Source: Octopus vulgaris
Taxonomy: Eukaryota
Reading direction: 5' to 3'
NCBI GenBank assembly: GCA_951406725.2
Contig: OX597822.1
Location: 54,932,001 to 54,996,000 of the forward strand
DNA: 64,000 bases
Position numbers and translations under genes: made by a program. The notes under the pieces are model-generated. The model worked only from the letters and a program-made list of their open reading frames with translations. It made no database searches and had not been told where the DNA came from. Of the stretch, positions 39,080-52,134 are shown in pieces (position 1 is the stretch's first letter; every line of letters begins with the position of its first letter).

Positions 39080-39220
39080 CATCATCATCGTCGTCGTCGT
39101 TTAACGTCCGCTTTCCATGCTGGTTTGACTGAAAATTGGTAGGCTGGGTGTGGGTTGCACTAGTTTCCAATCTGATTTGGCAAGGTTTCTACGGCTGGAT
39201 GCCCTTCCTAACGCCAATCT
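39080..39220 (-). mobile_element. Short retroposon 3' fragment with (GAT/GAC)n tail
   Basis: GGCTGGATGCCCTTCCTAACGCCAA block and TTTAACGTCCGCTTTCCATGCTGG next to a trinucleotide tail, typical of a SINE/LINE 3' end. Confidence 0.55.
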
Positions 39221-40312
39221 TGTTTGCAAAATACTTCAACTTCTTTACAAATCTCAAACGAAGCCCACAATGAAATTAAAATACTACCGCCCTATCCGAG
39301 ACGTTGCTTTTGCTACGTAGAAAACGTCTTAAACCGCATCCAAGAGGGAAATGGCTGATTGCAACGACTTACCAACAAACACAAATCTTTATCCTACACA
39401 CGTGCCGTCTCCTCACTATTCTTCTTCTACTGCTACTACAACGACTACTACAACGGCCTCCGTGAGTAGGAGTTAGTTGCATATCATTCTTCTATCGTTA
39501 CCCATTCTATATCTCTACCTTGACTTCACAGTAGTGACAGTAGCAGGAACCCTAACACTATGCCAGTGGAACCCATATCCTAACAAGACCTTAATATCGT
39601 GACAGTGGATCCTGTAATTAATAGGACTCTAATATTGGTTTCAAGTTTTGGCACAGGGGAAAGTTGATTACAATGACCCCAAAAGGATCATGCGTAATAC
39701 GATATTTGCCCTTAGGTAGCAACTGTTATTTTCCATTTGTTTACTCTAAGAAAGTATGTAAAATGGCTAATATCTTTTTTTGTTACGTTTATTTAACCCT
39801 GAAAGAATCCCTCTCAACACATACCTATGATGCTCCCCCACTATTCCTGATCAGAGATGCACATATGGCTCATGATCAGAGATGCACATATTGTCAGCCA
39901 CTAAGGGACATGCTCAAGTGATTACGGTCAAGCAAATGACAAGCAAATCTCTGGTATTGAGCAGAATATTTGCTATAATATTTCTGCTTCAGCAACTCAG
40001 CGCTGAATCTGTCTGAAATGTAATGGAAAATAGGTCAATTTCAAAACATCGCTATCCAAATCACAAAAGCTAAGTATGAAGAGAATAGTGGTCATTTCCT
40101 TTGATTTCTAGTTAGGAACAAGTAACAAATAACACATACTGGCCAAAGTCAAAAAAAAAATTAAAATTTTGTTATACAGTGGGATAACTTATACTGCCAA
40201 CTATAGCCTAATAGGACCCTAATATTGTGAAAGTAGCGAGTATATTTTAAAGAATCCTAATACTGCAATAATGACAACCATTCCTTAATAGGAATCTGAT
40301 ACTGGTTTCAGT

Positions 40313-40628
40313 GAAGGCGCATAGCTCAGTGGTTAGAGCGTCGAGCTTACGATCGTGAGGTTGTGAGTTCGATTCACGGACCGGGCTGCGTGTTGTGTTC
40401 TTGAGCAAGACACTTTATTTCACGTTGTTCCAGTTAACTCAGCTGTAGAAATGAGTTGCGACATCACTGGTGCCAAGCTGTATCGACCTTTGCCTTCCCC
40501 TTGGATAACATCAGTGGTGTGGAGAGGGGAGGCTGATATGCATGGGCGACTGCTGGCCTTCCATAAACAACCTTGCCCGGACTTGTACCTCGGAGAGTAA
40601 CTTTCTAGGTGCAATCCTATGGTCATTC
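40313..40628 (+). mobile_element. tRNA-derived SINE family C
   Basis: GGCGCATAGCTCAGTGGTTAGAGCG (A box)..GAGTTCGATTC (B box)..TTGAGCAAGACAC; copy at ~58093-58430, partial ~1335-1530, relatives ~15780-16015 (-) and ~22800-23110. Confidence 0.85.
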
Positions 40629-41443
40629 AAATTTTGGTACAAGACCAGTAATTTCGAGGAGTAGATAAGTCGTTTACACCGATTCTAGTGCTCAACTGGT
40701 ACTTATTTTATCAATCCCGAAAGAATGAAAGGCAATTTGAACTCACAACGTTGAGACGGAAGAAATACTTTGCAGCATTTTACCAATGATTCTGCCAGCT
40801 CTCCGTCATGAACAGGTCCCCAATATTGATTTTAAATTTTGATACATAGCCAGAAATTTCTGGTGGGGTGGGCGGATAAGTCGATTATATCGACCCCATT
40901 GCTCAACTGGTTCCTATTTTATCAATCCCGAAAAATGAAAGACTAAGTCGACCTCGGCGGAATTTGAACAGGACCCCAATATTGAACAGTAACAATTGTT
41001 TTAACAGAACAAATTTAATGGATACCGTATGTCATAAGAATAGACTTTTCGCTTCATATTTCTTATATAAAAATATATTACTATAGATATGCTGTACCAC
41101 GATGTTTAGTTCTGTTATAACTCGTATATTGTACCACAGAGAACAGTTAGTATTATAAGAGATCCGTTCTATCATAAGGTACAATTCTGTTATATCTCTA
41201 CCATAGTATACGTTTCAATTATAACAGATACTTCTACCACAATGTACAGTTGTGTCATAAAAGGTATCTTCTGTCATAGTAAACTTTGGGATTATTGCAA
41301 CATATAGCTTCTACCACAGCCATACTGTACAAGCTCAATCATAACAAGCACTTCTGCTACAATATATATCTGGATTATCCTATGTACTTCTACAACTGTA
41401 CAACTGTATACAGCTGTATTATCGCAAGTACATTGTACCACGG

Positions 41444-41700
41444 CAGTGGTGTAGGTAGAGTGAGTACCGCCCAGGGCGACCCTTCAGTTTGCCGCCCCCA
41501 GGCCACCCACAAAAAATACATATTGCACAGTGACAATATCGATTGTTGCAATTAACAGTGAGTACTGTCCGTGTCCCGACTTGATCTCATTACAGCCTAT
41601 ACAGGCTTATAGCCCACAACAGACCCAAAAGTGACGGCGCCCTCATAAAAGTGCCGCCCGGAGCGGACCGCCCTTTCCACCCCCTTTAGTTACGCTAGTG
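41444..41700. mobile_element. hAT-like MITE (257 bp)
   Basis: Imperfect TIRs CAGTGGTGTAGGTA / TAGTTACGCTAGTG; 8-bp TSD TACCACGG/TACCACGC; internal GCCGCCC motifs; GC-rich against its flanks. Confidence 0.7.
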
Positions 41701-41886
41701 TACCACGCTGTGCAATTCTACTGCACTACAAACCTTACCATTATGAACCTTTAGCAGAAGCGACTCTGTTATAAATATTAGGGCTCTTTTCTCTACTTCC
41801 TTTCATCGGTTTCGGATGCCCTACATAATTCATATTAAGTGCTAGTTTTTCTCTTCTGGCTAAGGCATAAAAAAATGAAAGTTTAC

Positions 41887-42076
41887 CTGCACACACAGGT
41901 CCTGTGTGTATTCCTATGCGTACTTGCAGCTGCCTGTCTGGCATGTGGTGGATTCGGAATGTTAAGATGGAACTGACAATATTTAATGACATGTCTGCAA
42001 TCTGGCCTGCGTGTAAATCTCCATTGCGGTGAGGAAGGCCACTTGCTACCATGTATGCATCACCAATAGTTTCTAC
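41887..42076 (-). CDS. Receptor guanylyl cyclase exon (cyclase domain)
   Basis: 190 nt, atccag|GTA...GCA G|gtaaac; [15 protein letters not shown]...[11 protein letters not shown] with the guanine-specifying Glu and second metal Asp. Confidence 0.95.
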
Positions 42077-42199
42077 CTGGATTTTGAACACATGAATACA
42101 CGGTAATTAAAACAGTGTTAAATCAAATAGAATTGAAGATGCGAAATAATAGAGATGAAAGAGTGAGGGGGAGGAGAGAACGAGAGAAAGAGAGAGAAC

Positions 42200-42437
42200 A
42201 TTGGAAGGGCAGGAGATGGCGAGAGGGGTGGAGACTGCGAGAGGGGAGGAGACAGCGAGGGGAGGAGACAGCGAAGGGAGAAGACAGCGAGAGGAGAAGA
42301 TAACGTGGGGAGAAGGCAGTGAGAGGGGAGGAGACAGCGAGGGGAGGAGACAGTGAGGGGAGAAGACAACGAGAGATGAGGAAACAGCAAGAGGGGAGGA
42401 GACCGCAAAAGAGAAGACAGTTAGAGGCGGGAAGACA
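42200..42437. repeat. Purine-rich minisatellite (~15-16-bp unit GAGACAGCGAGGGGAG)
   Basis: Repeated degenerate GA(A)GACAGCGAG units. Confidence 0.75.
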
Positions 42438-42808
42438 TCAAGAGGTTTGACTACGTAAAGTAAAAAAAAAGAAAGATGTAACTCGAAACAACTTAAGGTT
42501 TTCCTGTATAATATCTATTGGCTTAGTCAAAGGGAAGAAAAAGGGACAGTCCCTACCTGCGACCATCACAGAGTGTCCCAAAATACTTGGATTGTTACAA
42601 TTAGTGTTTTGTCGGAATAAATGTGAGTTGATGGTGTAACTGATGGAGCTTAAATGAAAAGGAATTTTCAAAGGTTTGGCGTCTTGAGTAAGACGGATTG
42701 GTTGGTTATGGTGGTTAGTGTGGAGCATGGTAGAGGGATGGGATGGTGAGATTGAGCGTGGATGGTAAGAGGAGGAGAGATGGATAATGATTATGAGGAG
42801 GAGGATGG

Positions 42809-42839
<31 letters not shown>

Positions 42840-43062
42840 AACGATGATAATGATGATGATGGTGGTGGTGGTGGTGGTGGTGGTGGTGGTGGTGATGATG
42901 ATGATGATGATGATGATGACAATGTTGATGATAACGATGTTGATGATGATGAGGAGGATGAGGATGATGAGAATGATGACGACGACGACGATGATTGATG
43001 ACAGCGACGACAATGATGAAGATGATGATTATGACAATGACCACGACGATGATGAAGATGAT

Positions 43063-43093
<31 letters not shown>

Positions 43094-44087
43094 ATGATAA
43101 TAATGGTGGACCCTCTCCTTATGTTACTATCTTGACGTTTCAGTTATTCCATTAACTGAACCACCTACGACTCGCCATCCCACTCATCTCTTTAACCTGA
43201 CAACATCTATGGTGCGCTCAACCACTCACCGTTTCCCCGCACTAAACCACTATTCCCCAATCTCTCAATTCCAGATCATCGCCATTCTGGGTTCTCCCCC
43301 CATGTCTTTCCTACAAGTAATAACGTGAAAATAGTTTTAATGAAACCTTAACGATGTCAATCTTATCAATCTACAAGGGTTATGGTTTCTCGTCACAAGT
43401 ATAAAAAAATATGAGAAACGAATCATATTTTCGTTAGAAATGTCTATTAGACGAAAGCTGAGAGTAAACTATAATGGTAATAACGAACGTAATTATTTTT
43501 ATATTGCTTTAAGCCAGCAACACATGATAGAGTTGTAGGAGTTGGCGCCATCGTGACACACACACACACAAGACGTATTTTGGGCATTTTGAAGTGTCTT
43601 AATGTTGAAGAAGAAGAAGAAGAAGAAGAAGAAGAAGAAGAAGAAGAAGAAGAAGAAGAAGAAGAAGAAGGAAGAGGAGGAGGAGAAGAAGAAGAAGAAG
43701 AAGAAGAAGAAGAAGAAGAAGAAGAAGAAGAAGAAGAAGAAGAAGAAGAAGAAGAAGAAGAAGAAGAAGAAGAATGAAACCCATTACTAGCTGGTAGTTT
43801 GTGTATCGATCCCGAAGGGATGAAAAACAAAGCTGACCTTGATGGAGTATGAACTAATAGAGCCGCAACGAATCCAGTCATACATTCTCTCCGGACCCAG
43901 AGACTCTAACAATTCATCCCCATATTGAAATATTAACAGTTACGCGACTTATTGAAAAAGAAAAATATTTGTAGCATGGCCGCAGTCTAATGACGAAAGC
44001 AAGTAAAAGTAGATATTTATCAATGTATTTGATTCATATGGGGTGGCTTTGGATTAAAGAGGACATACCGATAATTTACTGTTACTG

Positions 44088-44519
44088 GAAGGCGGCGAGC
44101 TGGCAGAAACGTTAGTACGCCGGGTGAAATGCTTAGAGGTATTTCATCTGCCGTTACGTTCTTAGTTCAAATTCCGCCGAGGTCGACTTTGCCTTTCATC
44201 CTTTCGGGGTCAATTAAATAAGTACCAGTTACGCACTGGGATCAGTATAATCGACTTAATCCGTTTGTCTGTCCATGTTTGTCCCCTCTGTGTGTAGCCC
44301 CTTGTGGGCAGTAAAGAAATAAGAAACGTTAGCACGCCGGGCGAAATGCATAGCGGTATTTTGTCTGTCTTTACGTTCTGAGTTGAAATTCTGCCGAGGT
44401 CGACTTTGCCTTTCATCCTATCGGGGTTGATAAATTAAGTACTTGTTGCGTACTAGGATCGATCTAATTGACTGGGCCCCTCACAAAATATTTGGGACCT
44501 AGTGCCAAGTGTAGAAAAG
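44088..44519 (+). mobile_element. SINE family A, dimeric form
   Basis: Two tandem monomers joined at GTAAAGAAATAAGAAACGTTAGCACG; bounded by AATTTACTGTTACTG / AATTTGCTGTTACTG. Confidence 0.85.
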
Positions 44520-45947
44520 AATTTGCTGTTACTGAGAGGCAAGCTAGCTCTTGATGAAGCAGGATGGATTAACTAGGTGAAGTGCTGTAATACTGAAAGA
44601 CTAGAAACCTGCTGAGACTCCCAGAACATCACTGATGATGCATCTTAGAGCAACCGTGAGATATATCTTGGAACTAAAATATATATTTAATTTCTTCATG
44701 CCTCCCTAATTGTTTTCTTCCAACAGGCGTAACCTTAAAAGTCTTCTTCAAGATGAACAGTATGCATATCAACCGTACAAATGTCGAAGTTCCTGTGAAA
44801 GACAGAAGTACTGTCGTTTCTTCCCGATTAAATAATTGTTTCAGATGTTGGCACAAGACCTACAACTTTAAAGGAGAGGGCCAGACGATCATATTGAGTA
44901 AGTACCAATACTCAATTGGTACTTACTTTAACGACACCAAAATGATGAAAGGCAAAGTCAACCTAGGTGGCATTTGAACTCAGAACGTTAAGCCGGAAAA
45001 ATGTCACTTAAACGCCTTGTCCGGAGTGCAAAAGATTATCCCGGCACGCCGCTTTTCATAAGAATTCTTTGAAATATAAACACAAGATCTGAAATTTGAG
45101 GAGAGGTGGCTGATCGATAATATTAGCCCCAGTACTTGAGTAATAATTATTTTATCGACCTCGAGAGGATGAAAAGCAAAGTTAAAACCTCAACTGAATT
45201 TGAGTTTAAAACGTAAAGAGCCGGAGGAAAATACAGCAAAGCAATTTTTCCGACGGTCTATTGATTCTGCCAACTTGCCACTATACTTTTCCTGCATGTG
45301 AGTTGAATTTTCAGATCAAAATTTACAGCTAAAGAAGGAAGGTCTACTTGTACGCCATTTTGACTTTGAAGGACAAAAAAATTCCTCGTAGAATGCAATA
45401 GGATTTGGAAGGATAGTAACAATGAATGCCCGAAAATACAACAATAAAAATAAGTGTTCAAATATTTTTCAAATTTCACTCTTTCATAATTGATCAAATA
45501 TTGCTTTCTTTAACAAAATAATAACCTTAGGCGCAGGCATGGCTGTGCGGTTAAGAAGCTCGTTTTGGAACCTTCTGGTTACGAGTTCAGTTTCACTTCG
45601 TGGTACTTTGGGCAATAACCTTTTCCTATAGCCCCGGGTCGACCAATTCCTTGTGAGTTACTTCGGTAGATGGAAACTGTGTGGAAGCCCATCGTATATA
45701 ATTTTGTGTGTGTGTTTATGTTTGTCCATCATCAACGCTTGACAACCGGTGTTGCTTTGTTTACATCTCCTGTAAAGTTATCAGTTCGGCAAAAGAGAAC
45801 CAAAAGGAAAGTATCAGAGAAAAAAAAATGTATGGGTTCGATTTATTCGACTAAAACCTTTCGAACTGGTGCTGAAGCATGGCCGCAGCCTAATGACAGG
45901 TAAACGATAAAAGATGAATAAAAGAAGTAAAAATTTAAGAATCGTAC

Positions 45948-46140
45948 CTTATAAACATCATGTTGGGCAATGACGTCATCAAAGAGAGTATAGAGTTCGT
46001 TTAATAGGTCCACGACTTGCATGGGTGTACTGAGAGCAGACAAAGTAGTGAAACCAACGATGTCAGAGAAAAATATGGTCACTGATTCGAATACTTCAGG
46101 ATAGACAGTTTCGCCGACTTTCAGCCTTTCGGCCACTGAC
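45948..46140 (-). CDS. Receptor guanylyl cyclase exon (cyclase domain start)
   Basis: 193 nt, ttgcag|G...AAG|gtacga; [31 protein letters not shown]...[12 protein letters not shown] with the first metal-binding Asp. Confidence 0.95.
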
Positions 46141-48791
46141 CTGCAACAGAAAGTTTCGTAATATTTACTTGATGTATTTTCCATAATAACCGAGATGCTT
46201 TTTGCAATTTGAAGACACGGCATACAGGGTGCAGCATATACATTTATCCATTTTTTAAACCTAATAAATCATACACTTCAGTTAAGAAAAGATTTAATCT
46301 TTTCTACGGTGAAAACAAAAAGTGGCCGTTAGGAACTGTAAGTATATATTTAGTTTTTAACATGCATCTCGCGGAAGCTCTGAGATGTATTGTCAGTGAT
46401 GTTTCTTGGGTCTCATGCAGTTTCGAGTCCCTCATCATCAGACCCACTCACCCAGTTGACCCAGGCAGCGTCGATCAAGTCTCAGCTTGCTTTCCGGTAG
46501 CAGCAAACCACTGGTCTGCCCTCTTTATCCAAAGACACTTTTACTATTTTACTCGTTTCAGTCATGTGACTATGGCCATGCTGGAGCACCGCCTTTAGTC
46601 GAGCAAATCGACCCCAGGACTTATTCTTTGTAAGCCCAGTACTTATTCTATCGGGTTCTTTTGCCGAACCGCTAAGTTACGGGGACGTAAACACACCAGC
46701 ATCGGTTGTCAAGCGATGTTATGGAGACAAACACAACCACACAAACATATACGCACATACATATATATATGACGGGCTTCTTTCAGTTTCCGTCTACCAA
46801 ATCCACTCACAAGGCTTTGGTCGGCCCGAGGCTATAGTAGAAGACACTTGCCCAAAGTGCCACGCAGTGGGACTGAATCCGGAACCATGTGGTTGGTAAG
46901 CAAGCTAATTACCACACAGCCACTCCTGCGCCTATGTAAAATATTGTCAATAAATATAACAATCAACGTGTAAATTTTCATTAACCAAAATCTAAAACGT
47001 TTCTATTTTTATTATAAAATGAAGAATGGGTAAATATATATGCAGTACTCGCAAAACTGGGTATTTCACATGTAAGTGAGAGATGTTTACCGATTTAACG
47101 CTTTTAATGCGGAAATCAAATATATCCATCAAAATTCAATTACCTTTAGCTGCGGAAAGCATTTTTATATCCCAATATATCTTCTGTTGAGGAAAATATT
47201 AAGTCTATTTTTTCTTTCTTAATAGGTATTTAACGATCATGAAGTCTAATTTTAATTTGCAGATAAAGGTTTAAAGAAAAAAGACTTCATATTTATCTGA
47301 GGAACCGTTACCAATATGAAAACAAAGCTTCTTACATTTAACTGCGGGCTCTTTGCTCGCTAGTAAGTGACTTTTAGTTTCAAAATTGTACTAAAGGATT
47401 TTTACCAGTGTGAAAACATAAACACTATCCAGCAAAGAAGCTTCTATGAGGTCGTTTGAGAAATAACAGCGAAATCTCCCTCAAATCACATATGATCGTT
47501 AAAAAGTATGAAACTTGGATAATATAGTTCTTGATGTAGTAATCGATCTAAGGTCGTGAGACTGATAACTGGGACGTATTTGACTGTATTTCCGCTGGAT
47601 TAGGAATGATTCGAGACAAAATGATGCTCAGAGATGAAAAGAAAAAAGTTGTTTAAGCAATGAAGAAAATACATCTGCTTGGCTGATTGGTTGACACAAT
47701 TAGCAATACTTATTTGCAAAGCTTTCTTTTTTATTAAAAGAGTTGTAACTCCACCTCTGTAAAAAAAAAGAAAAGTAATTTTTTTATCGTAGCATGATGA
47801 AGTATTCCGGCCGTTTTTAGAAATAAGTGAGAGGTACTAAATAACCAAATGAAAGACCAATCGTTCGTAATGTTTCACCGTTGTGATACATTCTTATACA
47901 CATATACATATACATACACACACAAACACATATATACATTTACGACGGGTTTCTGCACAATTTCCGTCTACAAAATTCATTTAGAACGCTGTGGTCGGTC
48001 TGGGGCAAAAGTAAAAGACACTTGAACAAGGTGACACTGAATCCGAACCTATGTGGTTGGAAACCAAACTTCTCACCGAATAGCCAGCGAGTTCAGTTTT
48101 GATGTTGTCACACACGACAAATCAACGAGCGGACCGCTACTTGGTTACTTGATCTGCTCGAAATAGCAGTCAAATCAAATTTTTTTTCAAAATCAACCAT
48201 ATCGTCTTAAAAACTGAACGACACGTTCGATAATGTTGAACCTTATTGAAAGTGGTATTTTCAAAACGAAAGAAATGGTGTGGAAGTCCAATTGTTTCAA
48301 ATATTAATGTCACGCAGATTCGGCCTGATTCTGTGGAATATTCAACCACTTACAATACATACATACATACATACATACATACATACATACATACATACAT
48401 ACATACATACAAAAATACCCTGTTGTTGATGTTGAAATTCCAATGAAAGAGCCTTGGATCTTGGTTAGAAACCGGTTCTTTCTTTATTGACAAAAAAATC
48501 TTGAAATAAACTGAATAATGACATACATACATATCTGTAGAAATAACCTTAACAAATTACATACATACATGTGTGTATGTGTATATACGAATGTACGTGT
48601 GTTTGGAATGAACGCTTGTGTGAGAGATCTTTTAGTCTTAATTGTCGTTTCGTTCCCTGACACAATAATTTGAACAATAATGAAACAAACGAAATAAAAT
48701 AAAACTTGCAACAAGCAGCGCCACCAATGACAGCGAAAGAAATTACAACGTCTACAACAACATGAATTCAGCGATGTAATAATCCTGTCAC

Positions 48792-48932
48792 CTTGGCAAC
48801 AGTTGGTATAATAGGCGATCTGTCTTTTTCTTTTCCTCTAGTAAAGCTTGTGTTCTTTGTTCCACCAAATCTTCTAAGTTGATGGCGTATCTTTCCATCC
48901 TCTTTAAAATAATATCCATAATATTTCCGACG
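48792..48932 (-). CDS. Receptor guanylyl cyclase exon (coiled-coil/signalling helix)
   Basis: 141 nt, ttttcag|C...AG|gtgaca; [46 protein letters not shown]; phase 2/2. Confidence 0.93.
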
Positions 48933-49273
48933 CTGAAAATTCAGAAATAATAATAATAATAATTTGGAACGAAAGTGTAAGAATAGTTATAAAAAAAGTG
49001 AAACGAACTTTTAAAGGTTTTATCAAGAGAAATGGACATAGCGCAGCGCTTCAATTTCCCTAGAAGTGCTTCCCAGGTGATGATATTGATTTGGTTGATG
49101 TTTAGCTTGGACATCTGTATGTTGACCTCTGCATGAACGAACAAAATAAGGAAACTGGGCGAGTGGAAATTCCAGAAAACTGGGGTTCTGATGATATATA
49201 CACTGCTTGGTAAAATTATTAAATACTAATTAATTAATTAATTTTACCCTTTATTATTATTATTGATATATTG

Positions 49274-49333
<60 letters not shown>

Positions 49334-49335
<2 letters not shown>

Positions 49336-49645
49336 AGGCGCAATGGCCCAGTGGTTTGGGCAGCGGACTCGCGGGCGGAGGATTGCGGTTTCGATTCCCA
49401 GACCGGGCGCTGTGTGTGTTTATTGAGCGAAATCACCTAAAAGATCCACGAGGCTCCGGCAGGGGGTGGTGGTGACCCCTGTTGTACTCTTTCGCCACAA
49501 CTTTCTCTCGCTCTCTCTTCTTGTTTCTTGAGTAACGCTGCGAGAGACTGGCGTCCCGTCCAGCTGGGGGGAACACATGCGCCACAGAAACCGGGAAACC
49601 AGGCCCATGATCCTGGCCATGCTTGAAAAGGGCGACGTTTTATCG

Positions 49646-49648
<3 letters not shown>
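49334..49648 (+). mobile_element. tRNA-headed SINE (C-related subfamily)
   Basis: GGAGGCGCAATGGCCCAGTGGTT..GGTTTCGATTCC; the first ~190 bp is shared with ~32929-33120, after which the two copies diverge. Confidence 0.75.
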
Positions 49649-49686
<38 letters not shown>

Positions 49687-49735
49687 CATACATACATACA
49701 CACACACATATATATATATATATATACATACATAC

Positions 49736-49804
<69 letters not shown>

Positions 49805-50011
49805 TAAATATATATAACCAAATCGAGTAAATTCTAAGCTACATATGTTTCTTAAGTAGCTGGCCCTCTGATGTAACAATTACAGGAGGACAGAGAGGGT
49901 GAAAAAGAGAGAGGGAAAGAGCGAGACTGAGAGTGAAGGAGAAAGAAAGAAAGAGAGAGAGAGAGAGAGTTACGCTGCTCCTGTATTGGGGTTAGATTTA
50001 AATCATCTTAC

Positions 50012-50189
50012 GTGTCCTTGTTGTGGTTCCTCAGGTATGTCTTAATGCCATTGAAATCAGGCCTTTGATTGGGGTTCTCAGCCCAACACATCTCCATTAG
50101 ATTCGTTATTGAAGGTTCAACATCAGTATCACGGAACCGTAGTGGCCGAAATGGTACTGATTCACCATTGCGTACTCGACCAACAATAT
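50012..50189 (-). CDS. Receptor guanylyl cyclase exon (end of kinase-homology domain)
   Basis: 178 nt, atttag|AT...AC|gtaaga; (D)IVGRVRNGESVPFRP...LMEMCWAENPNQRPDFNGIK; phase 1/2. Confidence 0.92.
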
Positions 50190-50714
50190 CTAAATATAAC
50201 CAACACAAAAAAAAAACAGCATTAATATTGATTTCAAATTTTGGCACAAGGCCAGCAATTCGGCGTGGATGGGGTAAGTGATTACATCGACTCCAACGCT
50301 CAACTTGTACTTATTTTACCAATTCCGAAAGGATGAAAGGCAAAAAAAAACAACCACGGCGGAATTTGAACTCAGAACATAAAGACAGACAAAATGCCGA
50401 TAAGCACCTTGCTCGGTGTGCTAGCGATTCTGCTAGTTTTTCGTCTTTCGGATTCACATCAGTATTAACAATAAAAAAACAGGATTACCAGTATCAATGC
50501 AGATCCGGGAAAATGCTTTGCAGAGTTTATACCAGCTATTTACATTCTGAGTTCAAATCCTGCCATGATCAACTTTGTTCATTGTTCATAAAATTAAGTA
50601 TCAGTCAAGTACTGAGGTCGAAGGTATCGACTGACCTCCTCCCCTCAAAATTGTTATCCTTATGTCTATGTTTGAAACAATATTAAGGACTATGAGTCAA
50701 TATTTCCTTTCCTG

Positions 50715-51139
50715 GAGGCGGCGAGCTGGCAGAAACGTTAGCGCGCTGGACGAAATGCTTAGCGGTATTTCGTCTGCCGCTACGTTCTGAGTTCAAATTC
50801 CGCCGAGGCCGACTTTGCCTTTCATCCTTTCAGGGTCGATAAATAAAGTACCAGTTACGCACTGGGGTTGATATAATGGACTTAATCCGTTTGTCTGTCC
50901 TTGTTTGTCCCCTCTGTGTGTAGCCCCTTGTGAGCAGTAAAGAAATAAGAAACGTTAGCACGTGAAATGCTTAGCGATATTTCGTCTGTCTTTACGTTCT
51001 GAGTTCAAATTCCACCGAGGTTGTCTTTGCCTTTCATCCTTTCGGGGTCGATAAATTAAGTACCAGTTGCGTACTTGGGTCGATCTAATCGACTGGCCCC
51101 TCCCCAAAAGTTTTGGGCCTTGTACCTAGAGTAGAAAAG
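50715..51139 (+). mobile_element. SINE family A, dimeric form
   Basis: Same architecture and junction as 44088-44519; bounded by AATATTTCCTTTCCTG / AATATATCTTTTCTTG. Confidence 0.85.
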
Positions 51140-51341
51140 AATATATCTTTTCTTGTAAACAATTTCATTAATCTAACCAATCTTTAAATGTTTGCTGTAA
51201 GCCTTGTGGTTAATCTAATCAAATTTTGATCTTTAGTTTGCTGTAAGCACTGATATTTGAACCAAAACTACGAACAGAAAAATCTGAAATTTCATTGGAC
51301 ATTATCCTAAAGGCTGGATTAAACATCACTGAGTTCCATAC

Positions 51342-51491
51342 CTTTTGGAATCATCCTCTCGGCAGGAAATGGTCCGTGGCGGAATGCGATCTCATGTAAG
51401 ATTATGCCAAAGCTATAGACGTCTCCTTCTTGTGTACCACGGGACGGAGGTTCGTGCATGCGGAGTATCTCTGGAGCAGTCCACAACAATG
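51342..51491 (-). CDS. Receptor guanylyl cyclase exon (kinase-homology domain)
   Basis: 150 nt, atttcag|CA...AAA G|gtatgg; (A)[49 protein letters not shown]; phase 1/1. Confidence 0.93.
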
Positions 51492-51704
51492 CTGAAATAC
51501 AACAAATATAATATTATCAGTTCATACAAAATAATGTATAGTAGATGGTTGGTATAAATAATCGAATCCTTTTATTTATGACTAATGCTTATCTTATCGA
51601 CCTGAAGACGAGTTGAAAACTTAAGTTGACGCCATTGGGATTTTAACTCAGAGAAGAAAAGCACTTAACTTAAATTTTGCCTTACAGATACAACTCTTCA
51701 CTGG

Positions 51705-51765
<61 letters not shown>

Positions 51766-52057
51766 GGTAACTAGAGGTAACTAGAATGTGGAATCTGAAA
51801 ACAGAAACAATTCCTATCATAGTAGGTGCATTAGGCATGATAAAAAAATATTCAGACAAATACATAACAAAAACACCAGGACTTACAAACACATATAACA
51901 TACAGAAAATTGCACTACTAGGGCACTGCACACATCCTACGCAGAACACTTTCCATACAATAACCATCAGAGCATCACAACAAATCACAGCACATACCCA
52001 TGGCACACAGAGCTGCGCTCGGTAGTGAAGTGAAAGCACGCTATAAAAATAAAACTA

Positions 52058-52060
<3 letters not shown>
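51766..52060 (+). mobile_element. Short 3' fragment of R4/Dong-like family 2 in a (TAA)n array
   Basis: MWNLKTETIPIIVGALG..; 3' UTR ends ..AAAACTACTG(AAT)n; closely matches the 59621-60322 copy. Confidence 0.88.

Positions 52061-52134
<74 letters not shown>

Noticed and set aside
40313-40385. tRNA-like sequences with A and B boxes (also ~13301, ~32929, ~49334, ~58093)
   Set aside because: They continue directly into SINE bodies and I could not fold a complete cloverleaf; these are SINE heads, not tRNA genes.
41085-41440. CRISPR-like periodicity
   Set aside because: Degenerate tandem units without identical repeats or unique spacers, no cas genes, and a eukaryotic intron context.
41741-41886. 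In-frame read-through of the VETIGD exon into the intron (truncated isoform)
   Set aside because: A canonical GTAAAC donor and phase-compatible downstream exons exist; the open frame is most simply chance.
42438-43155. His-rich, Asp-rich and Met-rich ORFs
   Set aside because: They come from a (GAT/GGT)n compound microsatellite inside a cyclase intron.
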